Origin: Acidimicrobiales bacterium
GTDB taxonomy: Bacteria > Actinomycetota > Acidimicrobiia > Acidimicrobiales > JAUJNH01
Reading direction: 5' to 3'
DNA length: 64,000 nt
Assembly: GCA_038253125.1 (NCBI GenBank)
Contig: JBBSHM010000001.1
Coordinates: 28,094-92,093, forward strand
The translations under genes were made by a program, and so were the position numbers. A model generated the notes under the pieces. It was not told where the DNA came from and ran no database searches. It was given only the letters and a program-made list of their open reading frames with translations. Shown piece after piece: positions 1-8,362 of this stretch (within the stretch, counting starts at the first letter, position 1; every line of letters starts with the position of its first letter).

Positions 1-43
1 CCGCCCTCCGACCGGCGGCCACCGTCCCGGCCGCCTGCGTGCC

Positions 44-244
44 ATGAGCGTCCTCGCCTACGTTCTCGGCGCCCTCCTCCTGTCGTTCGTCGTCGTCGCC
101 GTCATCTGGCTCCGGGAGCAGAAGCCGTCTTCGCTCGAGGACGGCATTGACGAGTTCAACCGCGAGCTCGAAGCGCTGGCGCCGGACTGGCAGCCGCCGG
201 TGCGCAAGGGCGCCCGTCCGAGGAACGGGGCCCCCCCTGGCTAG
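44..244 (+). CDS. small membrane-anchored hypothetical protein (66 aa)
   Basis: ORF with one N-terminal hydrophobic helix (VLAYVLGALLLSFVVVAVIWL). Third codon positions are almost all G/C in this frame through 147-240, a better signal than the overlapping mreB-frame extension. The TAG stop at 242-244 overlaps the likely mreB start. Confidence 0.45.
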   Translation: MSVLAYVLGALLLSFVVVAVIWLREQKPSSLEDGIDEFNRELEALAPDWQPPVRKGARPRNGAPPG

Positions 245-1247
245 GGACCTGGCCATCGACCTCGGCACTGCCAACACCCTGGTCTACGCCAAGGGTTCGG
301 GCATCGTCCTCAACGAGCCGACGGTGATCGCCCTCAACGAGAAGACCAGGGACGTCCTGGCCATGGGCCACGAGGCGTGGCAGATGATCGGCCGCACACC
401 CGGCTACATCGTGGCCATGCGGCCGCTGCGGGGCGGGGCCATAACCGACTTCGAGATCACCCAGCGCATGATCTCGCTGCTGCTGCGCCGAGCCGGTGTG
501 TCACGCTTCAACCGGCCCCGGGTGCTCATATGCGTGCCCTCGGCCATCACCGAGGTCGAGCGCCGGGCGGTCATAGAGGCCAGCCGCCGGGCCGGCGCCG
601 CCGACAGCCAGCTCATCGAGCAGCCCATGGCCGCCGCCATCGGCGCCGGCCTGCCCATCCACGAGCCGCTCGGGAACATGGTGGTCGACATCGGCGGCGG
701 CACCACCGAGACCGCCGTCATCTCACTCGGCGGCATCGTCCACCTCGAAGCCATCCGGGTGGGCAGCTTCGACGTCGACGCCGCCATACAGACGTACGTG
801 CGCCGCGAGTACGGGATAGCCATCGGCGAGCGGACGGCCGAGGAGATCAAGGTGGCGATCGGCTCGGCCGCCCCGACCGACGACGAGGTGAAGGCCGAGG
901 TGCGGGGCCGCGACCTCATGAGCGGCCTGCCGAAGACCGTCATCCTCTCGCCGGAGGAGGTGCGCGACGCCATCGAGGAGCAGGTCGGCGCCATCGTCGC
1001 CTCGGTCCTGCGCTGCCTCGGCCACGCCCCGCCCGAGCTGGCCCAGGACCTGATCACCCAGGGCATCCACCTGGTCGGGGGCGGCGGCATGCTCCGGGGG
1101 CTGGACGTGCGGCTGGCGGCTGAGACAGGCGTGCCCGTCCACCTGGTCGACGCCCCGCTCGAATGCGTCTGCCTGGGCGCCGGCAAGTGCATCGAGGCCT
1201 ACGAGACCCTGAAGGTCATGTTCATGGGGCCGAGCTCGAAGTACTAG
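237..1247 (+). CDS. mreB: rod-shape protein MreB (actin-like ATPase)
   Basis: Lies in ORF-track 147..1247. MreB motifs present: DLAIDLGTANTLVY, NEPTVIAL, MVVDIGGGTTE, HLVGGGGMLRGL. The conserved N-terminus begins about 246, so the start is placed at CTG 237; ATG 147 is the alternative. Confidence 0.9.
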   Translation: MARDLAIDLGTANTLVYAKGSGIVLNEPTVIALNEKTRDVLAMGHEAWQMIGRTPGYIVAMRPLRGGAITDFEITQRMISLLLRRAGVSRFNRPRVLICVPSAITEVERRAVIEASRRAGAADSQLIEQPMAAAIGAGLPIHEPLGNMVVDIGGGTTETAVISLGGIVHLEAIRVGSFDVDAAIQTYVRREYGIAIGERTAEEIKVAIGSAAPTDDEVKAEVRGRDLMSGLPKTVILSPEEVRDAIEEQVGAIVASVLRCLGHAPPELAQDLITQGIHLVGGGGMLRGLDVRLAAETGVPVHLVDAPLECVCLGAGKCIEAYETLKVMFMGPSSKY

Positions 1248-1259
1248 ACCCCCCGAACA

Positions 1260-1943
1260 TCAGCCCAGGAGGTCCTCGGCGGCCTGGCGGACCTGCCAGT
1301 CCCGATCCTCGAGGGCCCGGTGGAGGGCCTGGTCGACCAGGGTGCCCTCGAAGGGGGCGAGGGCCAGCACGGCCCGGCGCCTCACGGCCGGCTTGTCCAA
1401 CGTGGCGGCCAGCACGGCGGCCAGGCCCCGCTCGTCACCGATGGCCCCGAGAGCGGCCACCGCAGCCTCACGCACGAGCGGGTCGGCGTGGCCTCCGGCC
1501 GTGCTCACCAGCGCCTCGACCGCCTCGGGATCCTCACGCTCGCCCAGGGTCCAGCACGCCGCCTCGGCCACCAGCGGCTCGCCGTCGCCGAGCAGGGCGC
1601 CGATCTGAGAGACCGTGACCGCGGCCGTCGTCGCCGCCAGCTCGACTGCCCGGCGCCGGACCGTGGGCGCCAGGTCGGCCAGCGCCGCCGTCACGGCCGC
1701 TCCTGCACCCTCGTCATCGATGCGAACGAGGGCGCCGAGCGCTGCAACCCGCACCTCGGGATGGGGAGACCGGGCCAGCGAGCGGGCGGCGCCGGCATCG
1801 GAGGTGTGGCCGGCGAGGGCGGCGGCCCGAAGCGCTTCGATCTCCGAGGCCTCCACCTCTCCCGGAGGGTACCGAAGGTGGCTGCCGCGGCGCTTCTTCG
1901 GCCCGACCCTCTGCCAGGATGGCCCTGTGGCCGCCCCCGGCAT
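1260..1943 (-). CDS. HEAT-repeat protein
   Basis: Part of ORF 1260..2174. Repeated helical units: HPEVRVAALGAL, APTVRRRAVELA, DPLVREAAVAALGAIG, KPAVRRRAVLALA, DWQVRQAAEDLL. Start set at ATG 1943 because the upstream part overlaps the divergent sortase gene; the start is uncertain. Confidence 0.6.
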   Translation of the reverse strand: MPGAATGPSWQRVGPKKRRGSHLRYPPGEVEASEIEALRAAALAGHTSDAGAARSLARSPHPEVRVAALGALVRIDDEGAGAAVTAALADLAPTVRRRAVELAATTAAVTVSQIGALLGDGEPLVAEAACWTLGEREDPEAVEALVSTAGGHADPLVREAAVAALGAIGDERGLAAVLAATLDKPAVRRRAVLALAPFEGTLVDQALHRALEDRDWQVRQAAEDLLG

Positions 1944-1947
1944 CCAG

Positions 1948-2652
1948 GTGCCCCGGAGACCCAGCCGGGGTCGGTTTCGGTGGCTGAGCTGGGTAGCGCT
2001 GACGACGGCCGTGGCCGTGGCCGGGCTGTCCAGCCTCGACGCCGTCGGCCGCCCGGCCGCCCCGCCGATGCTGCGAGCCTCGTTCGTCGGGAGCCGGGCC
2101 TCAACCGAGGTTCGGCTGGCACCGGTGACCACGGCGGTGGCGGCGAGCACGCCGGATCCGATGGGGGCGGACACGGCGGCGCCCCCGACCGCGGCCGCCC
2201 CGCGCCCGGGCCCCGTCGACGTGCCAGCCGACCCCTACGCCGCCGAGAACGTCGTCGAGATCGGCAGCCTCGAGATAGCCAAGCTCGGGGTCCGGCAGCG
2301 GCTGATGCAGGGGGTCACCCTGCGGAACATCGATCTCGGCCCCAGCCAGTGGCCCGGCACCGCCCTGCCAGGTCAGCCCGGGAACATGGTGGTGGCCGGC
2401 CACCGCGTCACCCACTCGCGGCCCTTCCGGAACATCGACCAGCTGGTCCCGGGGGACCAGGTCGTGGTCACCGCCCAGGGAGTGCAGGCCACCTACCGGG
2501 TGGCGTCATCGTTCGTTGTCACCCCCGACCGGACCGACATAGCCGACCCGACCCCGACGCCGACCCTGACCCTGTTCGCCTGCCACCCACCGGGTTCAGC
2601 CCGCCAGCGCTACGTGGTGAAGGCCGACCTCGTCGCAACCTCGGCCCTCTGA
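1948..2652 (+). CDS. sortase (class E-like)
   Basis: GTG 1948 is followed by a basic stretch and a TM helix (RFRWLSWVALTTAVAVAGL). Sortase catalytic signatures: VVAGHRVTH (His), TLTLFACHPPGS (TLxTC Cys), RYVVKADL (Arg). The 5' part of ORF 1615..2652 is treated as non-coding. Confidence 0.75.
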   Translation: MPRRPSRGRFRWLSWVALTTAVAVAGLSSLDAVGRPAAPPMLRASFVGSRASTEVRLAPVTTAVAASTPDPMGADTAAPPTAAAPRPGPVDVPADPYAAENVVEIGSLEIAKLGVRQRLMQGVTLRNIDLGPSQWPGTALPGQPGNMVVAGHRVTHSRPFRNIDQLVPGDQVVVTAQGVQATYRVASSFVVTPDRTDIADPTPTPTLTLFACHPPGSARQRYVVKADLVATSAL

Positions 2653-2669
2653 GCCATCAGCCGCCGCCC

Positions 2670-3737
2670 TCAGCCCGAGTTGATGGCGCTCCGGATGGCA
2701 AAGGTCAGGAAGAGGAAGAAGGCGCCGACGGCGGCGCCGGCGGCGATGCCGAGAACGACGGTGACGACGATCACGCCGAGCATGGCTCGTATCCGGCGCA
2801 GGACGCCGATCCGCTCCCGCAGCTGGCCACGCGGGTACCGGGAGCGAATGGGCCGCCGGCTGCCCTTCGCCGCCGCGGCACGGACTCCACCCAGCAGGTC
2901 AAGGGCCAGGCTCCTCACCGGCTCGGGAGGGCGGGCGGAGGGCTCGTTGTGCTGGTGGAGATCGTCGCCCGTCGGGCCGTAGGCGGCCGGTTCCTCCCAG
3001 ATCAGAGCGGTTGAGGTGGCGTCGGCGTCAGGCGCCGTCGGTCCCGCCTGGGCTTCGTCGGCATCCGGAGGTTTCCCGCCGGTCGGCCGCGCCGGTGCGG
3101 GCACGGGCGTGACCGGCGTCGCTGGAGACGTGACCGAAGCCGCGGGGGCCTCGGGTGCCGCGGGCATGGTTGGAGCGGTGGGATTGGCAGGCACAGGGTC
3201 GGCAAGGTCGTCCTGCGCCCTCTCATCGCCGTTCCGGTCATCGGTGGCCGGTGCATCCAGCGCCGCGCTGGACCGGGCCCGGGCGGCCAGCTCGGCCAGG
3301 TCGAGGTTGAACAACGAAACGGCGGCGGGTTGGGCGGGCTCCGCCGCCGTGACCGAGGTCTCGTCCACAGCCGTGCTGGCGCCGGCAGTGGTGCCGGCGA
3401 CCTGGTCCCTGCCGCTGTCCACGATCTCGGTCAGGCTCATGGCGACGGTGGGGCTGGGCTCCTCATCCGACGCAGCCGGGCCGTCGTCGCGGGCTTCGGG
3501 GGCGCCCGGGCCGCTGCTCCCGGCGCTGGTCGAAGGGTCCTGCGTGCCAACGCTCGGCCCGTTCGCCGGGTGGCCGACGGTGGCGGCCTGGTCGCCTTCA
3601 CCGCCTTCACCGTCTTCACCGCCCCCGGCGCCGCCGCGCAGCCAGGCGGCCACCTCGGCGATCGTCGGCTTGACGCCGGGGGTTGCGGCCAACTCTTGGC
3701 CTGACCCGGGGGGCGCACCGCTCATGAACGTCGGCAA
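2670..3737 (-). CDS. hypothetical Ala/Pro/Thr-rich protein with C-terminal membrane anchor
   Basis: 355-aa ORF, largely low-complexity and acidic. It ends in a basic stretch plus one TM helix (MLGVIVVTVVLGIAAGAAVGAFFLFLTFAI). No family recognised. Confidence 0.45.
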   Translation of the reverse strand: MPTFMSGAPPGSGQELAATPGVKPTIAEVAAWLRGGAGGGEDGEGGEGDQAATVGHPANGPSVGTQDPSTSAGSSGPGAPEARDDGPAASDEEPSPTVAMSLTEIVDSGRDQVAGTTAGASTAVDETSVTAAEPAQPAAVSLFNLDLAELAARARSSAALDAPATDDRNGDERAQDDLADPVPANPTAPTMPAAPEAPAASVTSPATPVTPVPAPARPTGGKPPDADEAQAGPTAPDADATSTALIWEEPAAYGPTGDDLHQHNEPSARPPEPVRSLALDLLGGVRAAAAKGSRRPIRSRYPRGQLRERIGVLRRIRAMLGVIVVTVVLGIAAGAAVGAFFLFLTFAIRSAINSG

Positions 3738-3818
3738 TCAGCGCCACCGGCGATTCGGCACAAGGACGGCTGCATGCCAGGCTGTCCGGTGACCAGTACG
3801 GCCGCCCGGTGAAGCTGC

Positions 3819-5780
3819 GTGCCCGCGACGAGGTGGACGGACGAGGTGACCACGGTCGACGACAGCGTACAGCCAGCATCAGCGCCCCTTGCTGATCCCG
3901 ACCGCTCCGGCGCGCTCCGCACCGCGGCAGGCTCGGTCGCCTGGACGGCAATCGGGCCGGCGCGGGCACCTGCCGCCCTTCTCCTCCCGGCCACCGACGA
4001 CCTCCTCGGCTGGCCGAGCCTGTTCGTGCGGCAGCTGGTGAGCAACGGGCTCCAGGTCGTCGCCTTCTCGCCGCCAGTCGGGATGGCCGACGACGTGGGG
4101 GCCGTGGCCGATGCGGCCTCCGCCGTACTGCTCGCAGCAGGGGTCACCCGCGCCCACGTCGTCGCCGCCTCCCAGGGCGGGATCGTCGCCCAGGTGCTCG
4201 CCGTGGCCCACCCGGACCGGGTGGCGTCACTGACTCTGCTGATGACCCGCCGCTCCACCACAGCCCACCTCGAGGTGCCGCCCGGGCTGCTCCCGCTGCT
4301 GGCACCTGCGAAGGGTTCGGGGACACCGCGGGACCGGGCCACCGAGGTCGCCTCCGCGCTGTCACGAGGCGTGGTGGCCGACCGCTCCGCTCACGATGCC
4401 CTCGCCGCCGCCGCCCAGGCGTCCGGTGCCGATCCCGTCAGCTCGCTGCTCTGCTTCGCGTTGGGCGAGGACGCCACCCTGCCTCCCGCCCCGGAGTCGA
4501 CACCCGCCACAGTGGTCCACGGCGACGACGATCCGCTCGTGCCGCTCGAGGCGGGGCGCAGCCTGGCCGCCGCCCTCGGTGCCGAGCTGGTCGTGTTGGC
4601 CGCCGGCCATGACCTGCCCTGGGGCCATGAGGCCGAGGTGGCCCGGCTGGTGGAGGGAGCGGCCGCCCCCACCGTCATCGGTCGGCGGAGGCGTTCCCAC
4701 CTCCCGGCGCTCACCTGGCGGGGCCGGCGCCCCGGCAGGCTCGTCACAGCCGGCGCCGTCCTGTTCGTCCTGCTGATGGTGGCGATCATCGCCGGCTCGA
4801 CCATCGGCGTCCCGTACTACGCCATCCGGCCGGGCACGGCGCGGCGGACCAACGACCTGGTCGAGGTGCCGAAGGACCGCCGCTTCCCCCCGAAGGGCCA
4901 GCTGCTGTTCGTCACCGTCAGTGTCGGCCGCCTGACGGCGCTGGGATGGCTGATCGCCAGCCGGGACCACGATGTCGATGTGGTTCCTGAGAGCGACATC
5001 CTCGGCACCACCCCGAAGGGGCAGTACCGCGAACAGGTCACCCAGGAGATGGTCGACGCCAAGCAGGCCGCGGTCGTGGTCGCGCTCAGCCGCCTGTGCG
5101 ATCCGGTCTCGGAGACGGGGACCGGGGCCCGGATCGACACCGTCGCCGACGGGTCGCCGGCCGCCATGGCCGGCATCGCCCGAGGTGACACGGTCACCGC
5201 GGTCGGTGGAGCACCGGTGACCACGGCCGACCAGGCGCTCGTCAACCTGCGCCAGAGGCAGCCGGGGGAGAACGTCGAGCTGACCGTGATCGGTCCGCAG
5301 ACGGGCGTCGCGCCCCGCGCCACCACCGTCGTCCTGGGTCGCCGCCCGGACGACCCGAGCCGCTCGTTCCTCGGGGTCACCCTGCGCACCCGTCAGCAGG
5401 ACTTCTCGCTGCCCTTCGACGTCGCCATCGACAGCGGAAAGGTGGGCGGGCCCTCGGCCGGGCTCGAGTTCGCCCTCTCCATTGTCGACCAGCTGACGGC
5501 GGGCGAGCTGACGGGCGGCGGCAAGGTCGCCGTCACCGGCACCATCGAGCTGGACGGGACGGTCGGTCCCGTCGGCGGGGTACCCCAGAAGGCGGTGACC
5601 GTGAGGCGGGCGGGGGCGAAGCTCTTCCTCGTCCCGAAGGAGCAGGTGGCCGAGGCCCGCAGCAAGGCTGGCAGAGGTGTCGAGGTCGTCGGGGTGGCCA
5701 CGCTCAACGAGGCGATTCAGGCCCTGGCCGCCCACGGGGGGGACATCTCGGGCATCCCGGGCTCCTGCCCCGGTCGCTGA
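3819..5780 (+). CDS. alpha/beta-hydrolase domain fused to TM-PDZ-Lon-like (S16) protease (Rv3194c/YlbL-like C-terminal part)
   Basis: Single 653-aa ORF. N-terminal part has VVAASQGGIVAQ (nucleophile elbow), HGDDDPLVP and AAGHDLPWGH. Then comes a TM helix (LVTAGAVLFVLLMVAIIAGS), a PDZ-like segment (DGSPAAMAGIARGDTVTAVGG) and Lon_C-like motifs (GKVGGPSAGLEFALSIVD, KAVTVRRAGAKLFLVP). Confidence 0.7.
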   Translation: MPATRWTDEVTTVDDSVQPASAPLADPDRSGALRTAAGSVAWTAIGPARAPAALLLPATDDLLGWPSLFVRQLVSNGLQVVAFSPPVGMADDVGAVADAASAVLLAAGVTRAHVVAASQGGIVAQVLAVAHPDRVASLTLLMTRRSTTAHLEVPPGLLPLLAPAKGSGTPRDRATEVASALSRGVVADRSAHDALAAAAQASGADPVSSLLCFALGEDATLPPAPESTPATVVHGDDDPLVPLEAGRSLAAALGAELVVLAAGHDLPWGHEAEVARLVEGAAAPTVIGRRRRSHLPALTWRGRRPGRLVTAGAVLFVLLMVAIIAGSTIGVPYYAIRPGTARRTNDLVEVPKDRRFPPKGQLLFVTVSVGRLTALGWLIASRDHDVDVVPESDILGTTPKGQYREQVTQEMVDAKQAAVVVALSRLCDPVSETGTGARIDTVADGSPAAMAGIARGDTVTAVGGAPVTTADQALVNLRQRQPGENVELTVIGPQTGVAPRATTVVLGRRPDDPSRSFLGVTLRTRQQDFSLPFDVAIDSGKVGGPSAGLEFALSIVDQLTAGELTGGGKVAVTGTIELDGTVGPVGGVPQKAVTVRRAGAKLFLVPKEQVAEARSKAGRGVEVVGVATLNEAIQALAAHGGDISGIPGSCPGR

Positions 5781-5833
5781 GGCGGCGACCGGTACGTTTT
5801 GCGACAACCTCACCAACTGACCCCAGAGCGGCC

Positions 5834-8362
5834 ATGTCCCCTGCTGCTGCGCAGCTCCAGTTCGGGGCCGAGTTCCTCGGCTTCCTCGCCGCCATCGCAG
5901 GCGTCGCCCTCTCGCTGCTGCGAGCAGCCCCTCGCCGTCCGACCCCCGCCGTAGCCGGCGCGCTCGGGCTGCTGGCCGTGGTCGCCTTTGTGGCCGGGTC
6001 CCGGCTGGTCGATGACCGCTCCGACGTTAGGGTGGCCGGGCTCCGGGTGCTCGGGGCCACGGCCCTGGCTGTGGCCGTCGTGCTCTGGGACGTCGAGCAG
6101 CGCACCAAGGTGCTGCTCCTGGCCGGCGCCGTGGCCACAGCCACGGCGGTGCCGTTGATCTCCTTCGGCCTCTCGACCCCGGCCGACGTCGCCGTCGCCG
6201 CCGGCAGCCTGCTGATCGGCGGGGCCGTGCTGGACGTGGCCCGCCGCTCCGTCGCCTCGCGCATCGCGGTGTCGGGCGCCGCCTCGCTGCTCGTGATCGT
6301 GCTCGTCCTGTCGGTCGCCCTGTCGGCGGTGATCGACTCGAACCTCCAGCGCGAGGCGGTCAAGCGCCTCGACGACCGGGCCACCGCCGAGGCCGGTGCG
6401 CTGGCGGAGGACCTGGGCGTCCTGCTGCGCCTCGACACCCTGGCCAACGACAGGCTGGCGGTCACCGCCGCCGCCAACCGGGGTCAGCCCGTCGATCGGG
6501 TCCGCGACGCGATCGCCCGGGCGCTCGACCTCCTGGCAGCCCGCTCGCTCGGCCGGGAGGTCTACCTCTACGTCGGCGCCGACCCGTCCTCGACGGTGCT
6601 CAGCCAGGAGGCGACCAAGGTGCTCGACCAGGCGGGGCTGGTCGCCCTGGCCGGCGACGAGGTGGTGCAGCGGGCCAGGTGTCCGTTCGCCCCCGGCCTC
6701 GACGTGGTCATCCTGGACGAGCGGGCCTACGGGGTGGCGGTCAGCCCGGTGTGCGAGGACAACACGACCCTCGTCGGGCGCCTCGTCGCCCTGGCCCCGC
6801 TAGAGAGCCGCCTCGGCGGTGCCATCCCCAAAAGCGACACCACCTCGCTGGCCCTGTTCGGGCCGAAGGGCCCGGTTGCCCAGGCGGGCCGACAGCCCGA
6901 CCCGGCGGCCTCCCGCCTGCTGGCCTCGATGGTCCTGGCCGACAGCAAGGCGCGTTCGAGCGTCGTCGGGGGACGGTTCGTCAGCGCCGCACCGTTCAGC
7001 CTCGTCGTCAACAAGCCCGCTTCCCTGGCTCTGGTCGCATCGTCGCCCACGGCGAGCGTCGCCAACACCCGTGATGGCCTGTTCCGGGTGCTCTTCGTCA
7101 TCGCGCTGCTGGGGACGCTCGTGGCCCTGCTGCTGGCCGCCGTGGTGGGCGAGCGCATAGGGGCCCGGCTGCGCAGCCTGACCCAGGCGGCCGAGGCTCT
7201 CGGCCGGGGTGACCCCGGCGTCCGCACCGGCCTCGACGGCGATGACGAGGTGGGCGCCCTAAGCGTCACCTTCGACAACATGGCCTCGGCCATCGAGGAG
7301 AAGACCGAGGCCGAGGGACGGCTTCGGGGGCGCCTCGAAGCGGTCGTGGGCGAGATGGGCGAGGCGCTGGTGGCGACCGACGCGCAGGCCCGCATCACCG
7401 ACTTCAACCGTTCGGCCGAGGACCTGGTCGGGGTGTCGGCGCGCATCGCCCTCGGCCGCCAGGTGAACGAGGTCGTCACCTTGGCCGCCGACGATGGCGC
7501 CGACCTGGCCAGCCGCCTGAAGCAGCCGCCCCGGACCCAGTGGTCGACCAGCGCCAGCCTCACCCCCCTCGATGGCCCCGTGGTTCCCGTGGCGGTCTCC
7601 GGTGCCCCGCTGCGGGCACCCGACGGAGGTCCGGCGGGCGGGGTGTTCGTGCTCCGCGACCTGAGAGGCGAGAGGGAGGTCGAGCGCATGAAGACCGAGT
7701 TCCTGTCCCGCATCGGCCATGAGCTGCGCACCCCCCTCACCGGCGTTCTCGGTTACTCAGAGATGCTGTTGCGCCGCCAGTGGCCGGCTGACCGGTCCCG
7801 CCAGATGCTCGAGGAGGTCAACAGCTCGGGCCACCGCCTCGAGCGGATCATCCAGCTGCTCGAGTTCTTCGCCGCCGCCGCCGCCGGTCGCACCCTCCTG
7901 CGCCTCGAGGCGGTGGAGCTGCGGCCCATCGTCGACGAGGTGATGGAGGCGTGGGGGCCACGTGTCTCGTCGCCGCTCACCCTCACCCGCAAGGTGGCCC
8001 GTGGCCTGCCGGTGGTGCTGGGCGATCGGCGGTGGCTGCGCCTGGCGCTGAGCGAGCTGGTCGACAACGCCATCAAGTTCTCGCCGGCGGGCGGCAGGAT
8101 CGTCATCAGCGCCGTCCGCGCCCCCGACGGCCGGGTCAACCTCGCCGTCACCGACGGCGGTGTCGGCATGGCGCCCGACGAGGTCGAGCGGGCCTTCACC
8201 GACTTCGAGCAGGGCGATACGTCCGATACGCGGCGCTACGGGGGCCTTGGCCTCGGTCTTCCACTTGTCCTTCGCGTCGTTGAGGGCCACGGTGGTGAGG
8301 TGCGCTGTGCGACCACTCCTGGACGGGGCACCCGGCTGTCGCTGCTGCTCCCCTCTCGATGA
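5834..8362 (+). CDS. membrane sensor histidine kinase (multi-TM, HAMP, PAS-like, HisKA, HATPase)
   Basis: H-box EFLSRIGHELRTPLTGVLGYSEML; N-box LSELVDNAIKFSP; G-boxes VTDGGVGM and YGGLGLGLPLV; HAMP-like DDEVGALSVTFDNMASAIEE; several N-terminal TM helices. Confidence 0.9.
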   Translation: MSPAAAQLQFGAEFLGFLAAIAGVALSLLRAAPRRPTPAVAGALGLLAVVAFVAGSRLVDDRSDVRVAGLRVLGATALAVAVVLWDVEQRTKVLLLAGAVATATAVPLISFGLSTPADVAVAAGSLLIGGAVLDVARRSVASRIAVSGAASLLVIVLVLSVALSAVIDSNLQREAVKRLDDRATAEAGALAEDLGVLLRLDTLANDRLAVTAAANRGQPVDRVRDAIARALDLLAARSLGREVYLYVGADPSSTVLSQEATKVLDQAGLVALAGDEVVQRARCPFAPGLDVVILDERAYGVAVSPVCEDNTTLVGRLVALAPLESRLGGAIPKSDTTSLALFGPKGPVAQAGRQPDPAASRLLASMVLADSKARSSVVGGRFVSAAPFSLVVNKPASLALVASSPTASVANTRDGLFRVLFVIALLGTLVALLLAAVVGERIGARLRSLTQAAEALGRGDPGVRTGLDGDDEVGALSVTFDNMASAIEEKTEAEGRLRGRLEAVVGEMGEALVATDAQARITDFNRSAEDLVGVSARIALGRQVNEVVTLAADDGADLASRLKQPPRTQWSTSASLTPLDGPVVPVAVSGAPLRAPDGGPAGGVFVLRDLRGEREVERMKTEFLSRIGHELRTPLTGVLGYSEMLLRRQWPADRSRQMLEEVNSSGHRLERIIQLLEFFAAAAAGRTLLRLEAVELRPIVDEVMEAWGPRVSSPLTLTRKVARGLPVVLGDRRWLRLALSELVDNAIKFSPAGGRIVISAVRAPDGRVNLAVTDGGVGMAPDEVERAFTDFEQGDTSDTRRYGGLGLGLPLVLRVVEGHGGEVRCATTPGRGTRLSLLLPSR

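Noticed and set aside
404-1192. Long antisense and alternative-frame ORFs over real genes, e.g. 404..1192(-), 4362..5816(-), 9557..11077(-), 11705..13240(-), 38892..41837(-), 49273..51012(-), 55036..56604(+), 60088..61884(+).
   Set aside because: Their translations are Arg/Gly/Pro/His-rich low-complexity sequence typical of shadow ORFs in high-GC DNA. In every case the opposite or other frame carries recognisable family motifs.
1948-3737. Looked for a sortase substrate (LAxTG/LPxTG + TM + basic tail) next to the class E-like sortase, in particular the tail-anchored protein 2670..3737.
   Set aside because: Its C-terminus has a TM helix but no LAxTG/LPxTG motif in front of it. No other protein in the window shows a sorting signal.
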